Positions 9,493-19,433 are shown, counted from the stretch's first letter. The stretch is DNA of 64,000 nt from Acidimicrobiales bacterium (GCA_030448025.1 JAUJNQ010000001.1:544432-608431); one strand, 5' to 3'. Numbers and translations are program-made. Notes: generated by a model not told the origin, from the sequence alone.

Positions 9493-10554
9493 GTGGTCGC
9501 AGAATCCGCACCCTCTCTCTCTGAGCTGGGAGGGTGGCCTTTCGTCCTTGGGCGTCTGCTCAACGGCCAGGATCTCCGGTCCGTCGAGGTTTCGGCCGCC
9601 CTGTCCGAGATCCTGTCCGGAGCGGCCACCTCGGCTCAGATCGCCGCCTTCGCCGTCGCCCTGCGCATGAAGGGCGAGACGGTGGAGGAGATGACCGGTC
9701 TGGTGCGCACGATGCTGGCCCACGCCGAGGCGGTGCCCGTCCCTGCCGAGCTGGACGTGGTCGACACGTGCGGGACCGGTGGTGATCGCAGCCAGTCGGT
9801 CAACGTGTCCACCATGGCTGCCCTGGTCGTGGCCGGCGCCGGCGCCCGGGTGTGCAAACACGGGAACCGGGCCATGTCCTCGCTGGCCGGATCGGCGGAC
9901 GTGCTCGAGGCGCTCGGCGTGGTCATCGACCTCGGGCCGGGGGCAGTGCTCCGCTGCATCGAGCAGGCGGGCATGGGCTTTTGCTTCGCCCCTCGCTTCC
10001 ATCCCGCCCTGCGCCACGCCGGGCCGACCCGCCGGGAGCTGGGTGTGGCCACCGTCTTCAACTTCCTGGGTCCTCTTGCCAACCCGGCCCGTCCTCGCCG
10101 CCAGGTGGTGGGCGTGAGCAACCCGGCCATGGCCCACAAGATGGTCGGTGTCCTGGAGGCCAACGGGGCCACTCACGCCCTGGTGGTGTTCGGCCACGAC
10201 GGCCTCGACGAGCTCACCACCACCACCACGTCCACCATGGTGGAGCTGGTCGACGGGGAAGTTCGCTCGGTGGTGGTCGACCCTCGCGCTCTGGGCCTGG
10301 ATCCGGCGACGGCAGCCGACCTGCACGGTGGTGATGCCGGGACCAACGCCGAGCTCACCCGGCGGGTCCTAAGCGGTGACAAGGGGCCGCACCGGGACGT
10401 GGTAGCGCTCAACGCGGCCGCCGGCATCCTGGCCGCAGGGCTGGCGGCGGATCTGGAGGAGGCTTTGGAAGTGGCCGAGCGTTCGGTGGACGAGGGCCGA
10501 GCCGCCGACGTGCTGGCACGGCTGGTGAAGACCTCCCAGGAAGTGGCAGCCTAG
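9493..10554 (+). CDS. trpD: Anthranilate phosphoribosyltransferase
   Basis: Contains TCGTGGDRSQSVNVSTMAALVVAGAGARVCKHGNRAMSS and QIAAFAVALRMKGET, the typical TrpD pattern. It is not embedded in a trp operon. Confidence 0.9.
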   Translation: MVAESAPSLSELGGWPFVLGRLLNGQDLRSVEVSAALSEILSGAATSAQIAAFAVALRMKGETVEEMTGLVRTMLAHAEAVPVPAELDVVDTCGTGGDRSQSVNVSTMAALVVAGAGARVCKHGNRAMSSLAGSADVLEALGVVIDLGPGAVLRCIEQAGMGFCFAPRFHPALRHAGPTRRELGVATVFNFLGPLANPARPRRQVVGVSNPAMAHKMVGVLEANGATHALVVFGHDGLDELTTTTTSTMVELVDGEVRSVVVDPRALGLDPATAADLHGGDAGTNAELTRRVLSGDKGPHRDVVALNAAAGILAAGLAADLEEALEVAERSVDEGRAADVLARLVKTSQEVAA

Positions 10555-10557
10555 GAC

Positions 10558-10800
10558 GTGGCCGACGACGGGGACGACGACACCAGAAGCGAGGACGCCA
10601 GGGGCCGGGACACCAGAGGCCAGGGCACGGGGAGCGGCGACATGCGAGAGCCGCACGAACACGCCTCGGCCGCGGGGGCACCGGGCGCCAGCGGACCCGG
10701 GGATACCGGCTACGAGGGTGAGATCATGGTGGGCGACGAGGGCGGTGCGGCCGGTCCCGAGTCCTTCCAAGACCCCTTCGGCCGTCCCGACTCGGGCTGA
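10558..10800 (+). CDS. Hypothetical acidic low-complexity protein
   Basis: 80 aa, Asp/Gly-rich, with high GC3. It starts at a GTG 3 nt after the trpD stop. No family was recognised and it may not be a gene. Confidence 0.25.
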   Translation: MADDGDDDTRSEDARGRDTRGQGTGSGDMREPHEHASAAGAPGASGPGDTGYEGEIMVGDEGGAAGPESFQDPFGRPDSG

Positions 10801-10848
10801 GGTCGGAGACGTCGGAGGGCCACCGGCACCCTCGGGCGTCCTGTGCCG

Positions 10849-12384
10849 TCAGGGGTCCAGCACACGGCCCATCAGGCCGAGGGGAGGGGCGCCGAGATCG
10901 AGGAGGGCCTCGTGGAAGCGGCGGTGCGAGTACCGCCGGCCCCAGTGGGCCATGGCCTCGTCCCGCAGGGCGAGGATCTCCAGCTTCCCCCAGGTGTAGC
11001 GACCGTAGGTCGGGTCGTAGCCGGCTCGGTCGGCCTCGGCTCGGGCTGCCGGGCCGCGTAGGAAGGCGTCGGCCTCGAAGCGGTGAACCGCCTCGCCCAT
11101 GGTCATCGCTCCGGTGTGCAGTCCGATGGCGACGGCCAGGCGGGTGACGCGGACGAGGGCTTCGATGCACACTCCGATGGAGAAGCGGGGATCGTCCTCC
11201 CTGAACCCCTCCTCGAGGAAGAGCTCCTCGCCGTAGTGTGCCCATCCCTCCACGAACGCAGTGGAGAACACGGCCCTGCGCACGTCCCCTCTCACCCGGC
11301 GCAGCATGCGCCCGTGGGCGTAGTGGCCGGGCATGACCTCGTGGACGGTGATGGCCGGCAGGGTGGTGCGGCTGAACACCTCCAACCACTGCCTCTGCTC
11401 CTGCTCGGGCCAGGCCGGGTCGGGAGGAGTGACGTAGTACCACGAGGGGGCGTCCTCCTCCAGCGGCGCGGCCCACGACATCATGGCCATGGCCCATCGC
11501 CGAGATGGTGGCGCGGGTCCCACCATGCACTGACCGCCGAGGTCGGGAAGCAGGTCGCGCTGGAGGACGAACGCGGTCGCGTCGGCGATCTGGCCGGTCG
11601 CCTCGGCGTAGATGTCCGCGGCCTCGGCGGGGTGGTCGGCCAGGAGCTCGGGTACCAGCGCCGCCGGTGACGAGCCGGCGTCGAGGCGACGGCAGGCCTC
11701 CGCCATCGCGTCCACCAGACGGTTGCGCTCGGCGTCGGCCCGCTCGGCCAGGCGGCCGAGGTCCACTGACATGGCCTCACCGTCTCCCATCAGTCGGATC
11801 AGATTGGCAGCGCCAAGGGACGGGTCGGGGTCTCCCTCTTCAGCCACGCGCTCGAGGTGAGAGACCAGCCGGCCAAGGGCGGCGACGGCCTTGGCCACCG
11901 ACTCACCTTTGGCACCTGCAGGATGCCCCTCGCCGGGCAGGGGAACGCCTGCCTCGAGGCCTCGTGCCGCGGGAAGAAGTGCCCGTGCCACGGGTGCCGG
12001 CACCTGATCGAGTGCGTCGATGGCGGCTTCGACGGCGTCGGGCCAGGCAGCGATGTGGCGCCGGCGCCCGTCCTCTCGCTCGGAGGCCGGCGCGTACTGG
12101 CGCTCGTAGCAGGAAAGGTCGAGATTGCCCAGATGGGGGAGAGGGTTGCGCCTGTGCTCTTCGACAATGGCGTATGTCGTTCGCAGCCCTGCTTCGGCGG
12201 CCGACAGATGTGCCTCGTCGTGGCTGTCCGGCTCGGTCGGCCCGACTCCGAGCCTGGCCACCGCCGCGGACACACCTCCCGGGGAGAGGTCCTGCACTAC
12301 GCCGTCGAAGCGCTCGTGCATCCCGGCCCACTCGCGCATGCTGGCGACTTCGAGCTCGCACACCGAACTCAGGCGCGGGTTCAC
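10849..12384 (-). CDS. DUF885-family putative metallopeptidase
   Basis: 511 aa with a HEVMPGHY (HExxPGH) motif and the overall pattern of DUF885 proteins. Confidence 0.8.
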   Translation of the reverse strand: MNPRLSSVCELEVASMREWAGMHERFDGVVQDLSPGGVSAAVARLGVGPTEPDSHDEAHLSAAEAGLRTTYAIVEEHRRNPLPHLGNLDLSCYERQYAPASEREDGRRRHIAAWPDAVEAAIDALDQVPAPVARALLPAARGLEAGVPLPGEGHPAGAKGESVAKAVAALGRLVSHLERVAEEGDPDPSLGAANLIRLMGDGEAMSVDLGRLAERADAERNRLVDAMAEACRRLDAGSSPAALVPELLADHPAEAADIYAEATGQIADATAFVLQRDLLPDLGGQCMVGPAPPSRRWAMAMMSWAAPLEEDAPSWYYVTPPDPAWPEQEQRQWLEVFSRTTLPAITVHEVMPGHYAHGRMLRRVRGDVRRAVFSTAFVEGWAHYGEELFLEEGFREDDPRFSIGVCIEALVRVTRLAVAIGLHTGAMTMGEAVHRFEADAFLRGPAARAEADRAGYDPTYGRYTWGKLEILALRDEAMAHWGRRYSHRRFHEALLDLGAPPLGLMGRVLDP

Positions 12385-12571
12385 GGAGGGGGCAGGCTAA
12401 ACAACTCGACACCATTACGACAACCCTTGGTCCGAACCGCATCCTTGGGGATGCCGCGGTGGGAACCCGGGGGCACGGGGTTTGTGCCAAGGATGTCCCA
12501 ACTGTGGCAGAGGCGTGGTGATACGGTCGATCAGGACCGAGAGCCGGGCCGCTGACCACGATCGGGGAACG

Positions 12572-14113
12572 GTGGAGCAGCTCCACTTCGTCGGCTTCAC
12601 CAGCGACAACGAAGCGCTCATGTTCAGTCGTCGCGATGATGCGGCATCGGGTGAGTACTTCGTGGCGATCGATGAGTACTTGTTGGCCGCCATCGAGCAG
12701 TTCGATGGCGAAGAGGAGGAGGTCGATGACCGCCAAGAGCAGGCGCGGGCTCCGTCGCTCGCCCTTCAGCGCGGACCCCTCCCCGCAAACGTCCGGATGT
12801 ATCCCAAGCCGTCGAGCGACCTGAGCCCGCGCGAGATCCAAGCACGCCTTCGCTCAGGGAGCACCATCTCCGACGTGGCCGACGAGGCCGGGGTCGACGA
12901 GGAGTGGATCATTCGATTCGCGGCGCCGATCATCGCCGAGCAGGCCAGGGTGATCGAGCAGGCCCACGGGATGACGTTCACCAAGCCCCGGGTCGGTCCT
13001 TCGTCGGAGCCACTCCGGACGTCGGTGCGCTGGAACCTCGCCGAGCAGGGCGCGCTACGCAGCGACGAGGTGTTCGACGCCGGGTGGAGCGCCTACAACC
13101 TCCAGGGTGCCAGATGGGTGGTCCGTATCTCCTTCGTCGCCAAGCGCCGGCGCAAGATTGCCGAGTGGGAGGTGGACCTCCGCGAGGGAGAGCTCTCCGC
13201 ACGCAACCGGGTGGCCACCGACCTTGGCTATGTCGCGCCGGGCCGGCGGCGCAAGCGTGCCGACTCCGAGTACTCGCTCCCTGCGCCGGCGGGAAGGGTC
13301 GACAGAGCGGGCGTCAAGAAGACGACCAGGGCTACCAAGGCGACGAAGAAGAACGCAGCAGTGAAGCGAGTCCCTCCCACCGGTAGAGCTTCGGCTGAGC
13401 CCCGGAAGGCACCGGGGAAGGCAGCACCGACCAAGGCTTTGAACAGCACGAAGAAGAAGAAGAAGTCGGTGCTCGAGAAGTCGGCGATGGGGCCGTTGGT
13501 GAAGAAGGCGCTGCCGCGCAAGGTCCCGGGAACCACGGCCAAGAAGGTCGCCAGGAAGAGCCAAGTCGCCAAGGTGGTCAAGGGGGGACCGGCCAGGAAG
13601 GCCACGGCCCGGAGGTCGACCACCAAGAAGGCCACCGGGAAGGCGGCTACCAAGAGGGCGCCGTCCAAAGGGCCAACCGTCCCCGAGCTCGCCTCCGAGC
13701 GCCCGAGCCACCTGGCCCGTCCCCCTTCTCACATGAGCACGGCCAATCCGGCCCCGATCAGCACGGCCAACCGGATCGTCCGCCAAAGGCCGCCCACCTC
13801 CGGAGCGGGCCAGGGGCCGACCCCGATCTCTCGTCCGGCTGCGGTGGCGCCGGCTCCCGCGGTGAAGCGGTCGGCGCCGGCGGTGGCCGCTGCTGGTCCC
13901 CGAAGCCAGCGCACTGCCGCGTCGGCGCCTGCACCGAGCTCCCCGGAGGTCCGTGCACCCACACCTGACCCCGTGCCGCAGAGCGAGCCCGTCCCGGAGC
14001 GGCCTCCGCTCGTGATCATGTCGACTCCTGACGCCCACGCCGGCGTTCCTCTGAGCGCTCCCGAAGCGGCCGATGAGGGCTCCCGATGGCCCCTGCCCCG
14101 CCGCCGCCGCTGA
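12572..14113 (+). CDS. sepH: SepH-like septation protein (DUF3071) with a Lys/Ala/Pro-rich tail
   Basis: N-terminus (V)EQLHFVGFTSDNEALMF and an HTH-like segment SPREIQARLRSGSTISDVADEAGVDEEWIIRFAAPIIAEQ match the DUF3071 pattern. A GTG start at 12572 is preceded by GGGGA. The C-terminal half is basic and low-complexity. Confidence 0.75.
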   Translation: MEQLHFVGFTSDNEALMFSRRDDAASGEYFVAIDEYLLAAIEQFDGEEEEVDDRQEQARAPSLALQRGPLPANVRMYPKPSSDLSPREIQARLRSGSTISDVADEAGVDEEWIIRFAAPIIAEQARVIEQAHGMTFTKPRVGPSSEPLRTSVRWNLAEQGALRSDEVFDAGWSAYNLQGARWVVRISFVAKRRRKIAEWEVDLREGELSARNRVATDLGYVAPGRRRKRADSEYSLPAPAGRVDRAGVKKTTRATKATKKNAAVKRVPPTGRASAEPRKAPGKAAPTKALNSTKKKKKSVLEKSAMGPLVKKALPRKVPGTTAKKVARKSQVAKVVKGGPARKATARRSTTKKATGKAATKRAPSKGPTVPELASERPSHLARPPSHMSTANPAPISTANRIVRQRPPTSGAGQGPTPISRPAAVAPAPAVKRSAPAVAAAGPRSQRTAASAPAPSSPEVRAPTPDPVPQSEPVPERPPLVIMSTPDAHAGVPLSAPEAADEGSRWPLPRRRR

Positions 14114-14169
14114 GCTACACGCACCCACCGGCAGTCAGCGAGGCCGCCGACGTCTGCAACCATGAGGCC

Positions 14170-15273
14170 ATGTCCCCGGATGGGCAGTCCCTGGCGAAGG
14201 AGCTGTGCCGAATCGGGAGCGAGGCCGGCCTGGACGCCGTGGGTGTGGCTCCGGCGGAGGTGTTCTCGAGCACGCGCCGCCATCTTGAGGAGCGCAAGGC
14301 CGCGGGCCTCCACGGCGGGATGCACTTCACCTACGGCGACCCTTCTCGGTCCACCGATCCGGGCAGGGCTTTGGCCGGTGCGAGGGCGCTGGTGGTGGGG
14401 GCCCTCTCCTACCGGCGGGCCGAGCCCGAGCGGCCGGCCGCCCACGGGTTGGGGCGGGTGGCTCGCTATTCCTGGGACGACGTCTACGCCCCGCTGCGGA
14501 CGGCGTTGAACGTGGTGGCCGAACGGCTGAGAACCGACGGATGGAGCGCCCGGGTGCTGGTGGACGACAACGCCCTCGTCGATCGGGAGGCCGCCTATCG
14601 GGCGGGCTTGGGCTGGTACGGGAAGAACTCCAACCTCCTCCTTGCCGGACGTGGGTCGTGGTTCGTGTTGGGCTCGGTGGTCACCGACGCCCCCCTGCCC
14701 GCGGAGCAGCGGCCGCTTGCCGATGGCTGCGGCCCCTGCACCCGCTGCTTGCCGGCGTGTCCCACCGGCGCCCTGGTGGAGCCGGGCGTGCTCGACGCAC
14801 GCCGCTGCCTGGCCTGGTTGCTCGAGGCGCCGGGAAGCTTTCCGGTCGAGTTCCGTGAAGCCCTCGGGGGGCGGGTGTACGGGTGCGACGAGTGCCAGGA
14901 GGTCTGTCCGCCGAACAGGCTCGAGGACCGTCGCCGCCCGCCGCCAGCCGCTCAGCCGTCCGACGATGCTTGGGTGGAGCTGGTCGAGCTGCTGGAGACG
15001 CCCGACGAGGAGCTGTTGGCACGCTTCGAGCGCTGGTACGTCCCCCGCCGCCAGGCCCGGTACCTGCGCCGCAACGCCCTGGTGGCGTTGGGAAACGTGG
15101 GTGACGGCACCGACCCCGCCGTGGCCCGGGTGCTGGCCCGCGCCCTGGCTGACGCCGATCCCCTCGTGCGGGAGCATGCCGAGTGGGCCGCCAACCATCT
15201 CGGCCGTCGAGACCTGGTCGATGCCGCTGCCGGGGCGGCCAGCGCCCAGTCGGCGGCCTCGCCCCAAACCTGA
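14170..15273 (+). CDS. queG: tRNA epoxyqueuosine(34) reductase
   Basis: Contains GLGWYGKNSNLL and two 4Fe-4S motifs, CGPCTRCLPACP and CDECQEVCPPN. ATG 14170 was chosen because the ORF opening at 14086 overlaps sepH. Confidence 0.85.
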   Translation: MSPDGQSLAKELCRIGSEAGLDAVGVAPAEVFSSTRRHLEERKAAGLHGGMHFTYGDPSRSTDPGRALAGARALVVGALSYRRAEPERPAAHGLGRVARYSWDDVYAPLRTALNVVAERLRTDGWSARVLVDDNALVDREAAYRAGLGWYGKNSNLLLAGRGSWFVLGSVVTDAPLPAEQRPLADGCGPCTRCLPACPTGALVEPGVLDARRCLAWLLEAPGSFPVEFREALGGRVYGCDECQEVCPPNRLEDRRRPPPAAQPSDDAWVELVELLETPDEELLARFERWYVPRRQARYLRRNALVALGNVGDGTDPAVARVLARALADADPLVREHAEWAANHLGRRDLVDAAAGAASAQSAASPQT

Positions 15274-16400
15274 TGAGCCACCTCCTCGTCACCAACGACT
15301 TCCCGCCCAAGATCGGCGGCATCCAGTCCTACCTCTGGGAGCTGTGGCGGCGGCTCCCGCCGGACCAAGTGACCGTGCTCACCACCCCCTACGCCGGCTC
15401 CTCGTCGTTCGACGCCGCCCAGGACTACCGGATCGAGAGGTCCGCCCGGTCGATCCTCCTGCCCACGCCGGAGCTCCTCGGCCAGGTGCGTAGCCTGGCC
15501 GACGAGGTGGACGCCGGCCTGGTGGTGCTCGACCCCGCCCTCCCGATCGGCATGCTCGGGCCGAAGCTGGACCGACCCTACGCCGTGGTTCTCCACGGCG
15601 CCGAGATCACGGTGCCGGCTCGCCTCCCATTGGCCCGCCGGGCGCTGGCTCGGGTGCTCCGCGATGCGCGCCACGTCATCGCCTCCTCCGCCTACGCCGA
15701 GTCCGAGGCCCGGCGGGTGATGGGTGGCGCCATGCCGCCGACCACCCTGGTGCCGCCGGGTGTCGACCACGAGCGCTTCCGGCCGCTGTCGGCCGAGGAA
15801 CGGCACAAGAGCCGCGTGGATCTCGGACTAGACCCGGACGGGTGCCTCGTGGTCAGCGTGAGTCGCCTGGTGCCCCGCAAGGGCATGGACACGCTCATCG
15901 CCGCCGCCGACGGGCTGTCCGGTGCCCACCCAGACCTCACCGTGGCCATCGCCGGCAGTGGGCGCGACCGGAACCGCCTCGAGCGCTTGGTGAAGCGCCT
16001 GGGGGCGCCGGTCCGTCTGCTCGGGGCCGTGCCCGACGACCGGTTGCCCGCCGTCTACGGCTGCGGCGACGTGTTCGCCATGCCGTGCCGGCAGCGCTGG
16101 GGCGGCCTCGACCAGGAGGGCTTCGGGATCGTCTTCCTCGAGGCGGCGGCGTGCGGAGTGGCCCAGGTGGCGGGGTCAAGCGGCGGGGCCGGCGATGCCG
16201 TGGCCGACGGCCAGACCGGGCTGGTGGTGGCCGAGCCCGGAGAGCCGGAGGAGGTGGCCGCAGCGCTCGGCCGCCTGCTCGAAGACCCCGCGCTGCGCCG
16301 ACGGATGGGTGAGGCCGCCCGCCGCCGGGCCGTCAGTGAGTTCTCCTATGACCTTTTGGCATCGCAGCTGCAGCACACCCTCGCCGATCTGGCGGCCTGA
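15273..16400 (+). CDS. GT4-family glycosyltransferase (PimB-like mannosyltransferase type)
   Basis: N-terminus MSHLLVTNDFPPKIGGIQSYLWEL and a C-terminal EGFGIVFLEAAACG (E-x7-E region). Its start overlaps the queG stop (TGATG). Confidence 0.8.
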   Translation: MSHLLVTNDFPPKIGGIQSYLWELWRRLPPDQVTVLTTPYAGSSSFDAAQDYRIERSARSILLPTPELLGQVRSLADEVDAGLVVLDPALPIGMLGPKLDRPYAVVLHGAEITVPARLPLARRALARVLRDARHVIASSAYAESEARRVMGGAMPPTTLVPPGVDHERFRPLSAEERHKSRVDLGLDPDGCLVVSVSRLVPRKGMDTLIAAADGLSGAHPDLTVAIAGSGRDRNRLERLVKRLGAPVRLLGAVPDDRLPAVYGCGDVFAMPCRQRWGGLDQEGFGIVFLEAAACGVAQVAGSSGGAGDAVADGQTGLVVAEPGEPEEVAAALGRLLEDPALRRRMGEAARRRAVSEFSYDLLASQLQHTLADLAA

Positions 16401-16424
16401 TCGCCGCCCCGGCCCTCGGCGAGA

Positions 16425-17483
16425 TTGATCTGTGGACCGCGGTGGTCAGGCATCGGGTGGTTCAATCCCGACCGGTACGATCCGGCGGTGGCCGGCCCGA
16501 GCGACACCACCGCGCCCACCGCGGTCGGTCTCACGGCGGGGATCGACCTCGGGGGGACCAAGTGCCTGGGTGTGGCTCTGGACGAGGGCGGCTCCGTGGT
16601 GGCGGAGCACAGGCTGGCCACGCCCGTGGGCACTGAGGCCATCGTGGAGACCATCGTGGCCGTGGCCACCGCCCTCGGAAGCCCGGCGGCGGTGGGGGTG
16701 GGCGCACCTGGGCTGGTGGACGTGGACGGGGTGCTGCGCTTTGCACCCAACCTTCCCGGGGTCGTGAACGTGGCGCTCCGGACGGCGATAGAGGCCAGGT
16801 TGGCCGGCACTCGGGTGCGCATCGAGAACGACGCCAGTGCCGCCGGGTGGGGCGAGGGCCGCCTCGGTGCCGCCCAGGGCGCCAGGCACGCCCTGATGGT
16901 CACCCTGGGCACGGGGATCGGCGGGGGCATCATCATCGACGGCGAGCTGCTGCGGGGCGCCTCGGGTTTCGCCGGCGAGATCGGCCACATGGTGGTGGAC
17001 CCGAACGGACCGCCGTGCTCTTGTGGCAAGCGGGGATGTTGGGAGCGCCTGGCCTCGGGCGGCGGGCTGGGCCGCTTGGCCAGAGAGGCGGCCGTGGCCG
17101 ACCCGGGCAGCCGCATGGTGGAGCTGGCCGGGGGTGACGCCGACGACGTGCGGGGCGAGCACGTGACCCGCGCCGCGGGGGAGGGAGACACCCACGCCAT
17201 CGCCGTTATGGCGCGCTTCGCCTGGTGGGTGGCACTTGGCTTGGCCAACCTGGCCGCCATCTTCGATCCCGAGAAGATCGTCGTCGGAGGTGGTCTGGTG
17301 GCGGCCGGTGACTTGCTCTTGGCGCCGGTGCGCGAGGCCTTTGGCGGTTTGGTGGAAGGAGGGGAGCACCGCCCCGAGGTGGCCATCGTGGCCGCCACGT
17401 TGGGCGAGCGGGCGGGGGCCATCGGCGCCGCCCTCCTGGCCAGGCAGGAGAGGCTCTGTCCCGAGCGTGCGATGGGCGGTTGA
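16425..17483 (+). CDS. ROK-family glucokinase
   Basis: Contains GIDLGGTK, GTGIGGGII and the ROK zinc motif GHMVVDPNGPPCSCGKRGCWE. The start is uncertain (TTG 16425 or GTG 16488). Confidence 0.75.
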   Translation: MICGPRWSGIGWFNPDRYDPAVAGPSDTTAPTAVGLTAGIDLGGTKCLGVALDEGGSVVAEHRLATPVGTEAIVETIVAVATALGSPAAVGVGAPGLVDVDGVLRFAPNLPGVVNVALRTAIEARLAGTRVRIENDASAAGWGEGRLGAAQGARHALMVTLGTGIGGGIIIDGELLRGASGFAGEIGHMVVDPNGPPCSCGKRGCWERLASGGGLGRLAREAAVADPGSRMVELAGGDADDVRGEHVTRAAGEGDTHAIAVMARFAWWVALGLANLAAIFDPEKIVVGGGLVAAGDLLLAPVREAFGGLVEGGEHRPEVAIVAATLGERAGAIGAALLARQERLCPERAMGG

Positions 17484-17524
17484 AGGCTGTGGGCACTTGA
17501 AGGTCGTGGGCGGTTGAAGGTCGG
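17474..17524. repeat. 17-bp tandem triplication across the glucokinase stop / LLM start junction
   Basis: Units are GGGCGGTTGAAGGCTGT, GGGCACTTGAAGGTCGT and GGGCGGTTGAAGGTCGG (13-14/17 identical). Each carries TTGAAGG. The first contains the glucokinase TGA and the third contains the TTG start of the next gene. Confidence 0.6.
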
Positions 17525-18233
17525 CCTCACCCTGCCGCAGTTCGGGGAGGACCCCGAGGCCTGCATCGAGGTGGCCCGCCAGGCGGAGGGGGTGGGGCTC
17601 GACGGCGTGTTCGTCTTCGACCACCTGTGGGCCATCGGACGGCCCGACAGCCCGGCCCTGCACGGGCCTAGCCTGCTCGCTGCTCTGGCCGTCGAGACCC
17701 GCCGGCTGCAAGTGGGCACGCTGGTGGCCCGTGTGGGCCTGGTGCCCGACGACGTGCTCGTGGCCTCGTTCGTGACTCTGGCGGACCTGGCCGGGGGCCG
17801 CCTGGTGGCCGGGCTCGGCGTCGGCGACCGGCTGAGCGAGGACGAGAACCGGGCCTTCGGCATCCCCTTCCCTTCCGTCGCCGATCGTTGGACGTCGCTC
17901 GGGGCGTGCAGCGGTCGCCTGCGCCGTCTGGGCATCGAGACCTGGGTCGGCGGCCTGTCGGCCGGCACCAGGGCCGTGGGGAGGGCGGAGTCCGATGCCC
18001 TCAACTTCTGGGGCGTGGCGCCTGCCGTGGTGGCCGACGAGCTGGCCCGGCCCGACTCGGTGGCCGTGACGTGGGGGGGCTTGGTAGACCTGTCCGGCGG
18101 CGCGGGCGTCGCCGACGCGGTGCTGCGGTCGCTGGCCGATGCCGGCGCCGCCTGGGCCGTGGTGGCCCCCATCGGCGTGCCCTGGCCGGAGGCGGTGGGG
18201 GTGGTAGCCGAGGCCAGGGCGGCCGCGGCCTGA
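17514..18233 (+). CDS. LLM-class (luciferase-like, possibly F420-dependent) oxidoreductase
   Basis: MKVGLTLPQFGEDPEACIEVARQAEGVGLDGVFVFDHLW matches the typical LLM N-terminus. TTG start. Confidence 0.75.
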   Translation: MKVGLTLPQFGEDPEACIEVARQAEGVGLDGVFVFDHLWAIGRPDSPALHGPSLLAALAVETRRLQVGTLVARVGLVPDDVLVASFVTLADLAGGRLVAGLGVGDRLSEDENRAFGIPFPSVADRWTSLGACSGRLRRLGIETWVGGLSAGTRAVGRAESDALNFWGVAPAVVADELARPDSVAVTWGGLVDLSGGAGVADAVLRSLADAGAAWAVVAPIGVPWPEAVGVVAEARAAAA

Positions 18234-18257
18234 GAACGGGCCGTAGGCTGAATCGCA

Positions 18258-19433
18258 ATGAAGGAGTTCCGCAGGGTCAACGGGCTGCCGCCGTACGTCT
18301 TCAGCATCATCGACAACCTGAAGGTCGAGGCGCGCCGTGAGGGTGAGGACATCATCGACCTCGGCTTCGGCAACCCCGACATCCCGTCGCCCGACGTGGC
18401 CGTGGAGAAGCTGGCCGAGGCCGTCCGCAATCCCAAGAACCACCGCTACTCGGCGTCGCGGGGCATCCCGAAGCTGCGGCAGGCCGTCGCCGACCTGTAC
18501 CTGCGCCGCTTCGGCGTGGAGCTCGACTCCGACCGCGAGGTGGTCACCACCATCGGGGCCAAGGAGGGCCTGTCGCACCTCATGTGGGTCCTCCTCGGCC
18601 CGGGTGACTCCGCCTTCGTGCCGGCCCCGTCCTACCCGATCCACGTCTACGCGCCGCTGTTCGCCGGCGCCGAGGTGCAGCAGGTGCGGGTGGGCCCCGG
18701 TGAGGACTTCCTCGACAACCTGCTCGAGGCCTGGCAGTCCCAGTGGCCCAAGCCCCGAGTCGTCGTGCTCTCCTTCCCCCACAATCCCACGACCACTTGC
18801 GTGGACCTGGCGTGGATGAGCCGGATCGTGGACTTCGCCCGCGAGCACGAGGTGGTCCTGGTCCACGACTTCGCCTACGCCGAGACCGCCTTCGACGGCT
18901 ACAAGCCGCCGTCCATCCTGGAGGTGCCGGGCGCCAAGGACGTGGCCGTGGAGCTGTACACGCTCACCAAGTCGTTCTCCATGGCCGGTTGGCGGGTGGG
19001 TTTCATGGTGGGCAACGCCGAGATCGTGCAGGCGCTCACCAAGCTGAAGAGCTACCTCGACTACGGCACGTTCCAGCCCATCCAGATCGCCGCCATCGTC
19101 ACCCTGAACGAGGCGGGGGAGTACCCCAAGGCGGTCAACGAGATCTATCAGAGCCGCCGGGACTCGCTCGTGGACGGCCTGAACCGCATCGGCTGGGAGC
19201 TGGAGCGGCCCAAGGGGACGATGTTCGTGTGGGCCCCCGTCCCCGAGCCCTACCGCGAGATGGGCAGCCTCGAGTTCGCCAAGCTCCTGGTGCGCGAAGC
19301 GAAGGTGGCCACGTCGCCGGGAGTCGGCTTCGGCCCCGGTGGCGAGGGCTACGTGCGCTTCGCCCTCATCGAGAACGACCAGCGAATAACCCAGGCCGTG
19401 CGCACCATGCGCAAGGCCCTCACCCGTCTTTGA
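18258..19433 (+). CDS. PLP-dependent class I/II aminotransferase (AlaA/AspC-like)
   Basis: Contains LPPYVFSIIDNLK, DLGFGNPD, SFPHNPT and the PLP-lysine motif SKSFSMAGWRVG. Confidence 0.85.
   Translation: MKEFRRVNGLPPYVFSIIDNLKVEARREGEDIIDLGFGNPDIPSPDVAVEKLAEAVRNPKNHRYSASRGIPKLRQAVADLYLRRFGVELDSDREVVTTIGAKEGLSHLMWVLLGPGDSAFVPAPSYPIHVYAPLFAGAEVQQVRVGPGEDFLDNLLEAWQSQWPKPRVVVLSFPHNPTTTCVDLAWMSRIVDFAREHEVVLVHDFAYAETAFDGYKPPSILEVPGAKDVAVELYTLTKSFSMAGWRVGFMVGNAEIVQALTKLKSYLDYGTFQPIQIAAIVTLNEAGEYPKAVNEIYQSRRDSLVDGLNRIGWELERPKGTMFVWAPVPEPYREMGSLEFAKLLVREAKVATSPGVGFGPGGEGYVRFALIENDQRITQAVRTMRKALTRL

Noticed and set aside
13729-15267. 512-aa minus-strand ORF opposite queG
   Set aside because: No recognisable domain. 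It is antisense to a gene with clear QueG Fe-S motifs.
16346-18866. 696-aa and 806-aa minus-strand ORFs
   Set aside because: They are antisense to the glucokinase, LLM oxidoreductase and aminotransferase genes. Their composition is low-complexity Ala/Pro/Ser/Arg.
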